Below are positions 37,660 through 47,384 of a stretch of DNA of 64,000 nucleotides, piece after piece. Location of the stretch: contig CAXXLQ010000001.1 of assembly GCA_963668695.2 (NCBI GenBank), positions 69,807-133,806 on the forward strand, in the 5' to 3' direction. Every line of letters begins with the position of its first letter. The first letter of the stretch is position 1. Made by a program: the position numbers and the translations under genes. The notes below the pieces were generated by a model. That model had not been told where the DNA came from and made no database searches. It saw only the letters and a program-made list of their open reading frames with translations. The stretch is from Vicinamibacteria bacterium. GTDB taxonomy: Bacteria; Acidobacteriota; Vicinamibacteria; Marinacidobacterales; Marinacidobacteraceae.

Positions 37660-38604
37660 GTGACCGAGCCCGCTTCCGCAGTGTCGAAACCGACCGCCGC
37701 GTCCTTTCCTTCAGAAGTCACACCCAAACGGTGGCGGGAAGCCATCCTTGACGCCACGGGAAGGCGGCCGGCGCCGTTTTTGGGCATCTGGCGGCGCGCT
37801 TCGTCCACGAACGAGCTCGCAAAGGCGGTGGCCCTCGACGCCGGAGCGGTTCGCTGTGCCGGGAGCGTGCTGATCGCCGAATCGCAGACCCACGGGAAGG
37901 GACGTTTTGGCCGAACCTGGGTGTCGCCACCCGGCGGGCTCTATCTGAGCGTACTCGTCGAGCCCCCCGTTCTTTCGGGCGGGGATCCGGCGTACCCGCT
38001 GACCTTGCTGCCGCTCGCGGCCGGAGTCGCGCTGGCGCAGGCGGTGCGGCGGGTTGCGGGAGTCTCCGCCGCGCTTCGGTGGCCGAATGATCTGGATTGG
38101 AAGGACAGGAAGGTCGCCGGGGTCCTCGCCGAGGTCGGCTTCCGGCGGGACTGCCCGCACCTTGCGGTCATCGGTTTCGGGGTCAATCTGACTCCGGTCT
38201 CGCTTTCCGAGTCCGGGGACCGGAAAGTCGCGCGCCCGGCCCCCCGGTCCGCAGCCCGACCTCCGGGTTGGCTTCCCGAAGGTGTGGATAAGGTGGAGCT
38301 GGCCCACGCTCTGGTGACCTCATTGCGACACAGCATCAACGTGCTCGAGGAGGATCCGGGGTCGCTCCGGGCGGCCTGGGAGTCGCTCAGCCCGACCGCG
38401 AGGGGGTGCCGCTGTGAGGTTCGGCTCGGTGGTCCCCGAGGCGTGCTGGGGGAGACAGACGGGCTGGCCCCGGAAGGAGGTCTGCGGGTCAGGACCGACG
38501 GCGGGGCTGTCCGGGTGGTAACCGCGAGCGAAGCGCTCCGGATCCTCCATGGCCCCTCAGGCGGTTCGTGCCGCGAATCCCAACTTCCCACGTCCGGCTG
38601 CTGA
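37660..38604 (+). CDS. birA: Biotin--[acetyl-CoA-carboxylase] ligase
   Basis: Track ORF 37198..38604. The 5' part overlaps the B12-domain gene, so the start is set at the first in-frame GTG after it (37660; alternative 37681). Has GKGRFGRTWVSPPGGLYLSV and WPNDL motifs. Confidence 0.8.
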   Translation: MTEPASAVSKPTAASFPSEVTPKRWREAILDATGRRPAPFLGIWRRASSTNELAKAVALDAGAVRCAGSVLIAESQTHGKGRFGRTWVSPPGGLYLSVLVEPPVLSGGDPAYPLTLLPLAAGVALAQAVRRVAGVSAALRWPNDLDWKDRKVAGVLAEVGFRRDCPHLAVIGFGVNLTPVSLSESGDRKVARPAPRSAARPPGWLPEGVDKVELAHALVTSLRHSINVLEEDPGSLRAAWESLSPTARGCRCEVRLGGPRGVLGETDGLAPEGGLRVRTDGGAVRVVTASEALRILHGPSGGSCRESQLPTSGC

Positions 38605-38605
38605 A

Positions 38606-39286
38606 GTGACCCCGCGGGCCTCTCCCGACTACTTTCGGGCCGTCGAACGAACTTTCCTCGACCATAAAGGAGGCGGGATGTTCATCGCCCCGGCCGATTG
38701 GGATGTCGTGCGCGGCTGGGAAGAGCGGGGGATTCCCCTGGATGTCGTGCTCTTGGGGATCCGCACCGCGTTTTCGGGGTGGACTCGCGCGCCTTCCCGG
38801 ATGTCGCTCGGGGAGTGCTCCGCGGCCGTAGAGGCCGGGTTTGACGCGCTGCGCATGCGGCGCTCCGGCGCTGGCAGCCGCTCCCGGGAGGACAACACCG
38901 AGGTCCGGCATCGCCTCGCGCAACTCGCGGATCAGCTTCGGAAATGGTCTCCCGCGCCAGGGGCCCTCCCGGATGAGAAGACCGCCGCCGAACTGGTCGC
39001 CGCGGCTTGCGAAGCCGCGGCGGAACTCGATCGTCTCGGGAGGGACGAGGGCGCTTCGGCCGGAGCCGAGCGAGCGCTCGACGGGATTCAAGACGCTCTT
39101 CTGATCCGGCTGCAGGCGGCGCTTCCGGACGCCACCCTCGGGGAGATCGAGAGCGCGGTGCGCAACAAACTCGAGCCGTATCGGAGACGCATGCCGGAAT
39201 CCACCTGGCGGGAGACTTACGAACAGGCGGTCCGTCGACGGGTGGGACAGGTCTTGGGCTTCGGACCGCTGACCCTCTTCGAATAG
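38606..39286 (+). CDS. Hypothetical protein
   Basis: Track ORF 38549..39286; start set at GTG 38606, just after the birA stop. The N-terminal segment (FIAPADWDVVRGWEERGIPLDVVLLGI) is faintly DnaD-like. No firm family call. Confidence 0.55.
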   Translation: MTPRASPDYFRAVERTFLDHKGGGMFIAPADWDVVRGWEERGIPLDVVLLGIRTAFSGWTRAPSRMSLGECSAAVEAGFDALRMRRSGAGSRSREDNTEVRHRLAQLADQLRKWSPAPGALPDEKTAAELVAAACEAAAELDRLGRDEGASAGAERALDGIQDALLIRLQAALPDATLGEIESAVRNKLEPYRRRMPESTWRETYEQAVRRRVGQVLGFGPLTLFE

Positions 39287-39300
39287 GGGACGGGCGTCCG

Positions 39301-41865
39301 GTGGAGATCAGCAATCCCCACCTTCCCGAAACCCGGACCGAACCCCCGGCCGGCCCTTCCGAGGGAGCGCCCACCGCCCGAACCGCGCCCACCGCCCGAA
39401 CCGCGCCTGCCCCGCTGCTCCTGCTGGCCGCCTCTTTCTGGGCAGGGGTCGCTGCTTCTGCGGTGATGCCCGGACCGCCGGTGTGGCCGCGATTCCTGCT
39501 GGGCGCACTGTTTGTGCTCGGGGCCGGCCTGCTCGCCCCGAGTCTGCTGGCTGAGAACCCACTTCGGCGGCGCCGGGGAGGCCGGCTCTCCGGGGCCCCC
39601 GCCGGCATCAAGACGGGGCTCCTGCTGGTAGCGGCATTTGTGGCTGGCGCCCTCAATCGTCCCGCTCCCGGAGCGGTGTCGCCCCTCGCCGAGACCGTCC
39701 GCGCTCTGGGTGCCGAACGCCTGGCACGCCCCGTCCGGCTCGAGGGAGTCCTGCTGTACGACGCGGAAGATTCCGGTCGTCGCACCTCGATCGCTCTGAA
39801 GGTGGATCGGCTGGCCGCCAACCGCCAGGAATGGCCGGTGCGCGGGGAGGCGCGGATCACCGTGGACGGCAATCACCGGGAGCACCTCCGAAGGCTTTCC
39901 CGAGGCACGCGAATCTCCATCTGGTCGCGGGTTTCCGAACCGCGCCCGCGGGGAAACCCGGGGGGGCGCGAGATTCGGGGGCCGGTCGCCCTCTTCGGCT
40001 CCACCAAGAGCGGAGTGCTGGTCCGGGAAGTCGCACCGGGGCCGGCGCCCTGGCGAGCATTGCAGGTTCTCAGAGCCCGGAGCCGGGAGCGCCTCCAGAG
40101 TGGAGGCTTCCCCGACGACGTGCTGGCGGTCGTGGCAGCGATGCTCATCGGAGATCGCACCCTGGCTCCGCCGGAGACGGAGCGGGCCTTCCGGGACGCG
40201 GGAACGCTTCACCTGATGGCGGTCAGCGGGCTCCACGTGGGACTGCTCAGCCTGCTGATCTATGGAATGGCGGTACTGGTCGGCGTACCGCGCCGGAAGG
40301 CGCTCGCGATTCTGTTGTTCGCGCTTCCGCTCTACGCCGCGCTCTGCGGAGCGCGCCCTTCGGTGGTGCGCGCTGTCCTGATGGCGACGGTCGTGATCCT
40401 GGGGTTGCGCCGCGGACTCTTTGGAGAGGCCATGAACGGGCTGGGGCTGGCCGCCTTGGTTTTGCTCGCCTGGTCGCCGTGGAACGCACTCGACGCGGGG
40501 TTCCAGCTCAGCTTCGCCGCCACCCTGGGGATCATCGCCGCCTTCCGTCCGGAAGACCCCGCCGAAGTCTCGTGGGAACGCCCGGGCCGCTGGCGCGCCT
40601 GGATTCTGGTTCCGTTGGGTGTCACGGTCGCGGCGCAGCTCGCTACCTTCCCCATCCTCGCCTGGCATTTCGGCCGGGTCGTGTTCGGCGGGCTGCTGAT
40701 CGCCGTTCCGGCCGGTCTGTTGGCGGGACCGGTTCTCGGTCTTGGGTTCGCCTGGCTGGCGCTTGCCGGGACCGGACTTCCGGCGGACGCCGTGGGCGCG
40801 CTTCTCACGATTGCCACCGAGGCTCTCATCGGGCTGAGCGAATGGGGCGCCGGGCTTTCGTTCGGCGCCTTTCCCGTGGCCCGCCCGGCGTTTATCTGGC
40901 TCCTGGCATGGCTGGGAACGGCGATCGTCGTCCTGACGCTCCGCGGTAGGCGAAGAATCCTGCCGGCCGCGCTCATCGTTCTCCTTGGTCTGGCCACGCT
41001 GCCGCTCTCGGAGCCTGCGGACGGGACACTTCGGCTCACCGCGCTGGATGTGGGGATGGGTGACGCGCTGGTTCTTGGCCTCCCCGCCGGCGGTGCGGTA
41101 CTCCTCGACGCGGGTACTGCATTCGATGGATGGAGCGCCGGCGAGGCGATCGTTACTCCGTTCCTGGCCGAAATGGGCTACCGGCGTCTCCGGGCCGCCG
41201 TTCCCACCCACGGGGATCTGGATCACGTTGGTGGTTTCCCGGCAGTGTTCCGCAACTTCAGAGTGGACGAACTCTGGGAAGGCGGAGGGACCGTGGAGGA
41301 TCGTCGCACCGCGGTCGGGCAGATACACCGCGAGCGGGTGCGGCGGGGGATTCCGCTGCGGCGCCTTAGAGCCGGGGAGCGTTTCGAGTTGGGCGGCGCC
41401 CGGTTCTCGGTGCTTGCCTCCGGCGACCACCGGCCCGGGCCGCGAGAGCGGTCCAACGAGCGCTCGGTCGTGCTGGCCGTGGACTACGCCGGAAAGCGGC
41501 TTCTTCTCACCGGCGACGCCGGGGAGGCAACCGAGCGGGTTTTGCTGGACCGCTATGGCGCGGCTCTGCGTTCGGATGTGCTCAAGGTCGGTCATCACGG
41601 CAGCCGCTCTTCCACGACGCCGGAGTTCCTCGCCGCGGTAGCCCCCCAGGTGGCGCTCGTTTCGGTCCGCGCCGATCCCAGACGGCGTCTTCCGGATGAC
41701 GGCGTGCTGGAGCGCCTCAGCAGAAGCGGCGCCCAGATCTACCGGACCGATCTATCCGGTGCGGTGACCGTCGCCATCGGCGCGGACGGCCGCATTTCCG
41801 TGAGCACGTTCCGTCCCGAAGGAGCGCCAGGAGCGCCGGTCCGCAGACCGGCATCGCGGCCGTAG
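39301..41865 (+). CDS. comEC: DNA internalization-related competence protein ComEC/Rec2 with C-terminal metallo-beta-lactamase domain
   Basis: Track ORF 39007..41865, trimmed to GTG 39301. Polytopic core with FRDAGTLHLMAVSGLHVG. MBL motifs LTALDVGMGDA and THGDLDHVGG. Confidence 0.85.
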   Translation: MEISNPHLPETRTEPPAGPSEGAPTARTAPTARTAPAPLLLLAASFWAGVAASAVMPGPPVWPRFLLGALFVLGAGLLAPSLLAENPLRRRRGGRLSGAPAGIKTGLLLVAAFVAGALNRPAPGAVSPLAETVRALGAERLARPVRLEGVLLYDAEDSGRRTSIALKVDRLAANRQEWPVRGEARITVDGNHREHLRRLSRGTRISIWSRVSEPRPRGNPGGREIRGPVALFGSTKSGVLVREVAPGPAPWRALQVLRARSRERLQSGGFPDDVLAVVAAMLIGDRTLAPPETERAFRDAGTLHLMAVSGLHVGLLSLLIYGMAVLVGVPRRKALAILLFALPLYAALCGARPSVVRAVLMATVVILGLRRGLFGEAMNGLGLAALVLLAWSPWNALDAGFQLSFAATLGIIAAFRPEDPAEVSWERPGRWRAWILVPLGVTVAAQLATFPILAWHFGRVVFGGLLIAVPAGLLAGPVLGLGFAWLALAGTGLPADAVGALLTIATEALIGLSEWGAGLSFGAFPVARPAFIWLLAWLGTAIVVLTLRGRRRILPAALIVLLGLATLPLSEPADGTLRLTALDVGMGDALVLGLPAGGAVLLDAGTAFDGWSAGEAIVTPFLAEMGYRRLRAAVPTHGDLDHVGGFPAVFRNFRVDELWEGGGTVEDRRTAVGQIHRERVRRGIPLRRLRAGERFELGGARFSVLASGDHRPGPRERSNERSVVLAVDYAGKRLLLTGDAGEATERVLLDRYGAALRSDVLKVGHHGSRSSTTPEFLAAVAPQVALVSVRADPRRRLPDDGVLERLSRSGAQIYRTDLSGAVTVAIGADGRISVSTFRPEGAPGAPVRRPASRP

Positions 41866-42029
41866 GCCGCGAGACTCACACCACCACCCTCGCCCATTGC
41901 CCGGATCCGTCCGGGGACGGCGAAGCGAACCCCGTGTTTCCTCCCGGTGGGGGCTCCTCCCTCGCCGTTGCCAGCGGGACGCCTCGCCCCCACCGGGAGA
42001 ACTGGCCGCTGATGTCACATTGTCCACCC

Positions 42030-42734
42030 TCAGGGCATGCGGCGAACCGCGTTCCGGAGAGCCGATTCGGGATCCAATCCATCCTGCCGGGCTCCCCGCG
42101 CGACCGCCAGCAGGAGGTCGCCGAGGGCCGTCTCGACTGCGTCTCGATCTTCGGCCCGCCGCGCGGCCTTCATCTTCGTGAGTGCGGCGAGAATGGCGTC
42201 CTGGTCCGGCCCGTCCCCCTGGCTGGAGGCCGCTGTGCGTTCGATGGCCTTCATAGCAAGCAACAGCGCCGGAAGACCCCGGGGCAGGGGACCTCGTTCC
42301 GCGGGGCGTCCGGACTTTTCGGAGGCCTTGATCGCTTCCCAGCTCGCGAGTGCTTCGTCCGCATTCGAGGCGCGCTCCTGCCCTCCGAAGACGTGGGGGT
42401 GGCGGCGGATCAACTTGCGCGTGATCCCGCGGGCCACCTCCGCCATGCCGAAACGGCCCTCCTCATGGGCGATCTGAGCCATGAAGACCACCTCGAGCAG
42501 CAGGTCACCACACTCCTCGAGGACGGCAGACGGATCCTCGCGGTCCACGGCGTCCACCAATTCGTGTGCTTCCTCAAGCACATAGCGGCGCAGGGATTGC
42601 CAGGTCTGCTCCCGGTCCCAGGGGCAGCCCTCCTGGGCCCGCAGCTTCGCCATCACTTCGATCAGGCCGGCAACCTCGGCGGCGCCGGCGGCTGCGGGTT
42701 CAGGGACTCGGGAGATGTCTCTTGGATTCTTCAT
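42030..42734 (-). CDS. mazG: Nucleoside triphosphate pyrophosphohydrolase
   Basis: Track ORF 42030..42779, trimmed to ATG 42734. Has LRAQEGCPWDREQTWQSLRRYVLEEAHELVDAV and a second EEGRF...RRHPHVF half. Confidence 0.85.
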   Translation of the reverse strand: MKNPRDISRVPEPAAAGAAEVAGLIEVMAKLRAQEGCPWDREQTWQSLRRYVLEEAHELVDAVDREDPSAVLEECGDLLLEVVFMAQIAHEEGRFGMAEVARGITRKLIRRHPHVFGGQERASNADEALASWEAIKASEKSGRPAERGPLPRGLPALLLAMKAIERTAASSQGDGPDQDAILAALTKMKAARRAEDRDAVETALGDLLLAVARGARQDGLDPESALRNAVRRMP

Positions 42735-42746
42735 GAGGGGGCCCGA

Positions 42747-43037
42747 GTGTATTGCGAGCGAAGCGCAACGATGAGCCACGCGAAGCCGGGCGGTTCAGCC
42801 GGGATGCATCGCCGCTCGGGCTTCCGTAGCGGGGCGCGAGCACCGCGGAGACCCCGGAGCGGAAGGGACGGGTGGCGGGGCTACCCGACCCCCATCCCTT
42901 CTGGCTCGGGCTTCCGTAGCGGGGCGCGAGCACCGCGGAGACCCCGGAGCGAGAGGGATGGGGGACGGGGACACCCGGCCCCGATCCCTCTTGACTCGGG
43001 AATGCCGCCGGACTTTGTTCACCGGCTGTTCACCGCC
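42747..43037. repeat. Composite family A fragment carrying 2 x 90-bp module B
   Basis: gtgtattgcgagcgaagcgcaacgatgagc...ggttcagccgggatgcatcgcc. gctcgggcttccgtagc then recurs at 42814 and 42904 (period 90). Ends gactttgttcaccggctgttcac. Confidence 0.75.
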
Positions 43038-43133
43038 AACTGCCGTTTCAAGACGGCAATCGGCTCGCAGACCGCGTGACGGGACTAGGATTCCCGTAGG
43101 CGAGCCGCTTTTTCACCGCGGCCCCGACACCGG

Positions 43134-43610
43134 ATGAGTGAAGAGGAGAGATCTCCGCGAATTGTTGTCAGGGACCGCCGTGCCTTTGCGCCCGACGGTT
43201 CCCGCCGCGCGGATGCGGATCCGCGGAACGAGACGCCTGCTTCCACCCCCTTGCTTGGGGCTCAACCGGGCGCCTCGACCGGGCCTCCCTCCGGGCCCGC
43301 CGGGTCGGCTGCGGACCCGGGTCCCGCACCCGAGGAAGACCCTCGGTTCAAACAACTCATATCCCTGCTCTTTTCCCAGGCCGCGGTGCTTCTGGAGGAG
43401 ACTTCCGGGGCAGGCGGCAAGTCCGGATCGGCGACCGGCCCGCAGCAAGCCGAAGCGCTGCAGGGACTCCAGGCGGTGATCGGCCTGCTGGAGGTACTCG
43501 AAGAAAAAACCAGAGGTCGCCTCGCTCCCGGTGACGCCCGTCTGGTTTCTCAGGCCCTCTACCAGTTGCGGATCGCCTACATGGAACGCGCGAAGGCGCC
43601 CGGCGCATGA
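43134..43610 (+). CDS. DUF1844-like protein
   Basis: 158 aa. Has a disordered N-terminus, then FKQLISLLFSQAAVLLEE...LQAVIGLLEVLEEKTRGRL...LYQLRIAY, which matches my memory of the DUF1844 pattern. Confidence 0.6.
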   Translation: MSEEERSPRIVVRDRRAFAPDGSRRADADPRNETPASTPLLGAQPGASTGPPSGPAGSAADPGPAPEEDPRFKQLISLLFSQAAVLLEETSGAGGKSGSATGPQQAEALQGLQAVIGLLEVLEEKTRGRLAPGDARLVSQALYQLRIAYMERAKAPGA

Positions 43611-44608
43611 GAATCGAGCGGCTTCACGAACTGCCAACTGCGTCTCGTCACTCCAGTGAGGGCAGGGGCGGCGGTGCGGCGGGATCAGCGGTGGTTACCG
43701 TTGGGAACTTTGACGGAGTCCACCGCGGTCACCAGGCGGGCCTTGACCTGGCCCGACAGGAAGCGCGGAGACACCGCGCCGAGTGCGTCGCGGTTACTTT
43801 CGATCCTCATCCTGCTCGCCTGCTGCGGCCAGACCGGGCGCCCAGAACAATCACCAGTCTTCCCCTGAAGGCCGAGCGGCTGGCCGCCGCCGGCGTCGAA
43901 CGTCTGGTGGTGCTCGAGTTCGGCGAGGCGATGGCGCGGACGTCGCCCGCCGACTTCGTAAATCGACTTCTGATCGGCCGGCTCGGAGCCGCCGCCGTGG
44001 TCCAGGGGGCGAACTTCCGGTTCGGCCGCGGCCGGACCGGGAGTCTGGAGACGCTTCGTGACCTTGGTGAGCGCCACGGCTTCTCGGTGATCGAAGCGCC
44101 GTCGGTGACGTGGGAAAGGGAGATCGTTTCGTCGACCAGGATTCGTCGGGCGCTTACTGCCGGTGAGCTCGATTTGGCGACGAACCTCCTGGGTTGGTCG
44201 TATGAGATCGAGGGCTCGGTGGTTCCGGGACGGGGGCGGGGTCGCGGCCTCGGTTTCCCGACCGCGAACATTTCCGCCGACAGCGACGTGCTGCTGCCTC
44301 ACGGGGTGTACGCCGCGGATGCCGTAACCGCTCCCGAGGGGCATCTCTTCCGGGCGGTGGTCCACTACGGCCCGCGGCCCACCTTCGACGATTCTCCTTC
44401 GCTGGAGGTGCACATGATGGGATTCTCCGGTGGGGTGTCCCGCCTCCGGGTGCGCTTCCTGTCCCATCTGCGAGAGGTCCGGGGTTTCGCCGGGCCGGAA
44501 GCCCTGCGGAGACAACTTGAACGCGATGTGGCGCGAGCTCGTGATCTGGTCGCGTTGCCTGCGCCCGAGGCGTTGCCTCGGGCTGCGGAGGCGGTACTTG
44601 CCGGGTAG
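43607..44608 (+). CDS. ribF: Bifunctional riboflavin kinase / FAD synthetase
   Basis: 333 aa. VVTVGNFDGVHRGHQ, and a C-terminal kinase domain (GRGRGLGFPTANI...EVHMMGF). Confidence 0.9.
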   Translation: MRIERLHELPTASRHSSEGRGGGAAGSAVVTVGNFDGVHRGHQAGLDLARQEARRHRAECVAVTFDPHPARLLRPDRAPRTITSLPLKAERLAAAGVERLVVLEFGEAMARTSPADFVNRLLIGRLGAAAVVQGANFRFGRGRTGSLETLRDLGERHGFSVIEAPSVTWEREIVSSTRIRRALTAGELDLATNLLGWSYEIEGSVVPGRGRGRGLGFPTANISADSDVLLPHGVYAADAVTAPEGHLFRAVVHYGPRPTFDDSPSLEVHMMGFSGGVSRLRVRFLSHLREVRGFAGPEALRRQLERDVARARDLVALPAPEALPRAAEAVLAG

Positions 44609-44637
44609 ACGCGCCCCTGCGTCGGAGATGCTTTCCC

Positions 44638-44988
44638 ATGCCTGATCTGAAAGTCGCCACCCGCCGCGCCGCCGAGGCGGTCGTGGTGGAGCCGCGGGGC
44701 TTCATCAATGCGCACACCGTGGCCGAGTTCGAAAGGGTGCTGAACGCGCTCGTCGAGGCCGGGGACGTGCGGATCGTGATCAGTGGCGCCCATCTTTCTT
44801 ATGTGGCCAGTGCCGGCTTCGGGGCGATCATGGGCCTCATCGAAGAAGCCCGGGCGGGTGGCGGAGACATCCGCGTGGCCGCGCTTACCGAGACCGTCGC
44901 CCATATTTTCCGGGTGCTGGGCTTCGACCGCCTGTGCCGTACCTTCGAGACCGAGGAGGAAGCGGTTCTCAGCTTTGGAGGCTACTGA
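44638..44988 (+). CDS. STAS-domain anti-sigma-factor antagonist (RsbV/SpoIIAA-like)
   Basis: 116 aa. GFINAHTVAEFERVL...LSYVASAGFGAIMGL...FRVLGFDRL is a typical STAS layout, with a candidate phospho-Ser in YVASAG. Confidence 0.8.
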   Translation: MPDLKVATRRAAEAVVVEPRGFINAHTVAEFERVLNALVEAGDVRIVISGAHLSYVASAGFGAIMGLIEEARAGGGDIRVAALTETVAHIFRVLGFDRLCRTFETEEEAVLSFGGY

Positions 44989-45463
44989 GCTGTCGAACGG
45001 GGAAAGGGCGCCGCTCCAGATCGACGTTCCGGCAACCTGCGAGTGCCTGAGCCTGGTGCACGAGGCGACGCGGCGGATGGCGATTGCTGAAGGTTTCGAT
45101 CCGGCTGCCGCGGAGGAGATCGCGGTGGCGGTCGGAGAGGCGATGACCAACGTCGTCAAACATGCATACCGCGGCAAACCGGGTCATGCGATTCGGCTGC
45201 GCTTTCTGCCGAGGCCCGAGACGCTGCGGATCGAACTGGAACACCGCGGCGATGCGCCACGGCGCCTTCCGACCGGGGTGGATCTCGGACGGTTGGCGCG
45301 CGAGCGGCGCCGGGGCGGGTTGGGGGTTCATCTCATGCGTCGGCTCATGGACCGCGTGGTTCACGAACAGCTGGGAGCTGGTCTCGGATGCTGGGTGCTC
45401 GAACGCAATCGGCGCGATTCTGGTTGCGGTTCATCGGGTCCCACGTCCGGGCGGGAGTCCTGA
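44975..45463 (+). CDS. Anti-sigma regulatory Ser/Thr kinase (RsbW/SpoIIAB-like, HATPase_c)
   Basis: Track ORF 44783..45463; the 5' part overlaps the STAS gene. Start placed at in-frame TTG 44975 (uncertain). Has the N-box AVGEAMTNVVKHAY and the G-box GGLGVHLMRRLMD. Confidence 0.7.
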   Translation: MEATELSNGERAPLQIDVPATCECLSLVHEATRRMAIAEGFDPAAAEEIAVAVGEAMTNVVKHAYRGKPGHAIRLRFLPRPETLRIELEHRGDAPRRLPTGVDLGRLARERRRGGLGVHLMRRLMDRVVHEQLGAGLGCWVLERNRRDSGCGSSGPTSGRES

Positions 45464-45547
45464 TCCGGTGAAGACGGGCCCAGACTGCCGCTCCCGCTGG
45501 TCCGTATCGGCGCGATCTCCTCTACCGCACGGGACGACGCTGCGGGC

Positions 45548-47371
45548 GTGCCCCTTATGACCACGCGTACCGCTCGCAGGATCGAACCGGACCGGCCTTC
45601 GTCCTCCGGGGCGCGATACCAGCGGTTGTTCGCGCAGCATCTCGGGGAGATGAACCCCGCGGTGGAACGCCGGGTGTCGGAACTGCTGGCCCTCACCGAC
45701 TTCACGGCGGCGGCCTTCGAGCGGTTGAACGCAGCTGAGGTGGCGTCTCTCATTGTGCTGGTGGCGCTCGGCGAGACCGGAGCCCGCTGGGCAGGCATGC
45801 TGTTGCCCGATGAGGCAGGACAGTTGTGTCCGGCAGGCCGCCGGGGTGCCGGAACCCCTGGCTGGGAAGATCTGAGACTGGAAGTGCCCGACCGCCTCCC
45901 GGAATCCCTCGTACTTCGGGCCGGCGGCGAGCATGCGGAAGAGGAACCTGCCGCTGCTCCTTTTCGCCAGCTGATGCGCGACGCGGGGGCGTCATCCGCG
46001 ACGCTTCTTCAGACCCGGGACGGCCTCCGCGGAGTACTTCTGCTGGGCGCGCCCCATCCCGAGTTGGCGGGGTCGCAGAGCGATTTCCTCGAGGTGTTTG
46101 CGGCTTCCGCGGCGGCCGCGCTTGAAAAATGCCGCCGGGACGAGGAACTGCGGGTGGCGAACCGCCGACTCTCGCTTCATGTCTACCAGCTTCGTTCGCT
46201 GATGGACCTGACTGCCGGGCTGCATCGGGCTCGTGATGAGGCGGCGGTTTGGGATCTGCTGCTCCACGGTGCGATGGGTCATGTGTTGGCCAGCCGGGCG
46301 GCCGTAGTGGTCGGCGGGAGGGTTGCCGCTGCCAAGGGGCCGAGACGTCCCGACGAGGACGGGGCTCCGCTCGTGCGCGCCGCCGAGATCCTGGCCGGCG
46401 AGCACAAGATTCGTCCGACCGCTGATATTTCCCACTGGAGCACGTCCTGCGAATTGGCGAGACTGGAGATCGGCTGGATTGTGCCGTTCAGCTCCGGAGC
46501 GGTGCAGGGGACATTGTTCCTGGGCGCGGCCGGGTTCGGTCGGGAACTCTCGTCGGCGGACCGGGCCTTCCTGACGTCTCTCGCCGGACAGGCGTCAGCC
46601 GCGGTCGAAAGCCTGCGCCTCACCCGCGCCTCCATTCAGAAAGAGAAGGAACTCGAGGTGGCGCGCCAGATTCAGACCCGCTTTCTGCCAGCGGAGGCTC
46701 CGGAATATCCCGGGTGGGATCTGTGGGGGATCAACATTCCCTGTCTTGCCGTCGGGGGTGACTACTACGATTACCTCACCCTGGATGGAGCCATATTCGT
46801 CACGATCGCTGACGTGTCGGGGAAGGGAGCCGGGCCGGCTCTCATCATGGCTTCGGTTCAGGCGTCGCTGCGCGCTTTCTTCCGGCACGGTCGGTCCGGA
46901 ATCGCCAGCGCCGCGGAAGAACTGAATCACCATCTGCACCGGAACACGGAAGACAACCGCTACATGACCGCCATCCTGGCCCGGCTCGAACCCTCGACCG
47001 GCCGGCTCGACTACCTGAACGCCGGGCATGTCCATCCGGTGTTGGTCCGGGCCGACGGTTCGGTCGAGCGTCTTGATCGGGGTTCGACGGTGCTCGGCCT
47101 GTTTCCCGACATCGACACCGAAGTCGGCACCTGCGAACTTGCTCCCGGGGATCTGGTCGCCATGTTCACCGACGGACTCAGCGAGGCTGAGGATCCGGCG
47201 GGCGGCCTCTTCGATGACGCCCGCATCGTGGACGCGTTGATCGCCGCTCGCTCGCTGAGTGCGCGCGACATTTGCGGGGACCTGCTTTCGCGGGCTCGGG
47301 CCTTCTCCGGACCAAACCCGCTCCGCGATGACCTCACCCTGGTCGTCCTGAAGCGTGGTCCACGCGAGTAG
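45548..47371 (+). CDS. PP2C-family (SpoIIE/RsbU-like) phosphatase with N-terminal GAF-like sensor region
   Basis: 607 aa. The C-terminal domain has GGDYYDY, IADVSGKGAGPALIMA, LNAGH and FTDGLSEA motifs. The start is uncertain. Confidence 0.85.
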   Translation: MPLMTTRTARRIEPDRPSSSGARYQRLFAQHLGEMNPAVERRVSELLALTDFTAAAFERLNAAEVASLIVLVALGETGARWAGMLLPDEAGQLCPAGRRGAGTPGWEDLRLEVPDRLPESLVLRAGGEHAEEEPAAAPFRQLMRDAGASSATLLQTRDGLRGVLLLGAPHPELAGSQSDFLEVFAASAAAALEKCRRDEELRVANRRLSLHVYQLRSLMDLTAGLHRARDEAAVWDLLLHGAMGHVLASRAAVVVGGRVAAAKGPRRPDEDGAPLVRAAEILAGEHKIRPTADISHWSTSCELARLEIGWIVPFSSGAVQGTLFLGAAGFGRELSSADRAFLTSLAGQASAAVESLRLTRASIQKEKELEVARQIQTRFLPAEAPEYPGWDLWGINIPCLAVGGDYYDYLTLDGAIFVTIADVSGKGAGPALIMASVQASLRAFFRHGRSGIASAAEELNHHLHRNTEDNRYMTAILARLEPSTGRLDYLNAGHVHPVLVRADGSVERLDRGSTVLGLFPDIDTEVGTCELAPGDLVAMFTDGLSEAEDPAGGLFDDARIVDALIAARSLSARDICGDLLSRARAFSGPNPLRDDLTLVVLKRGPRE

Positions 47372-47384
47372 TCACGAGTAGTCG

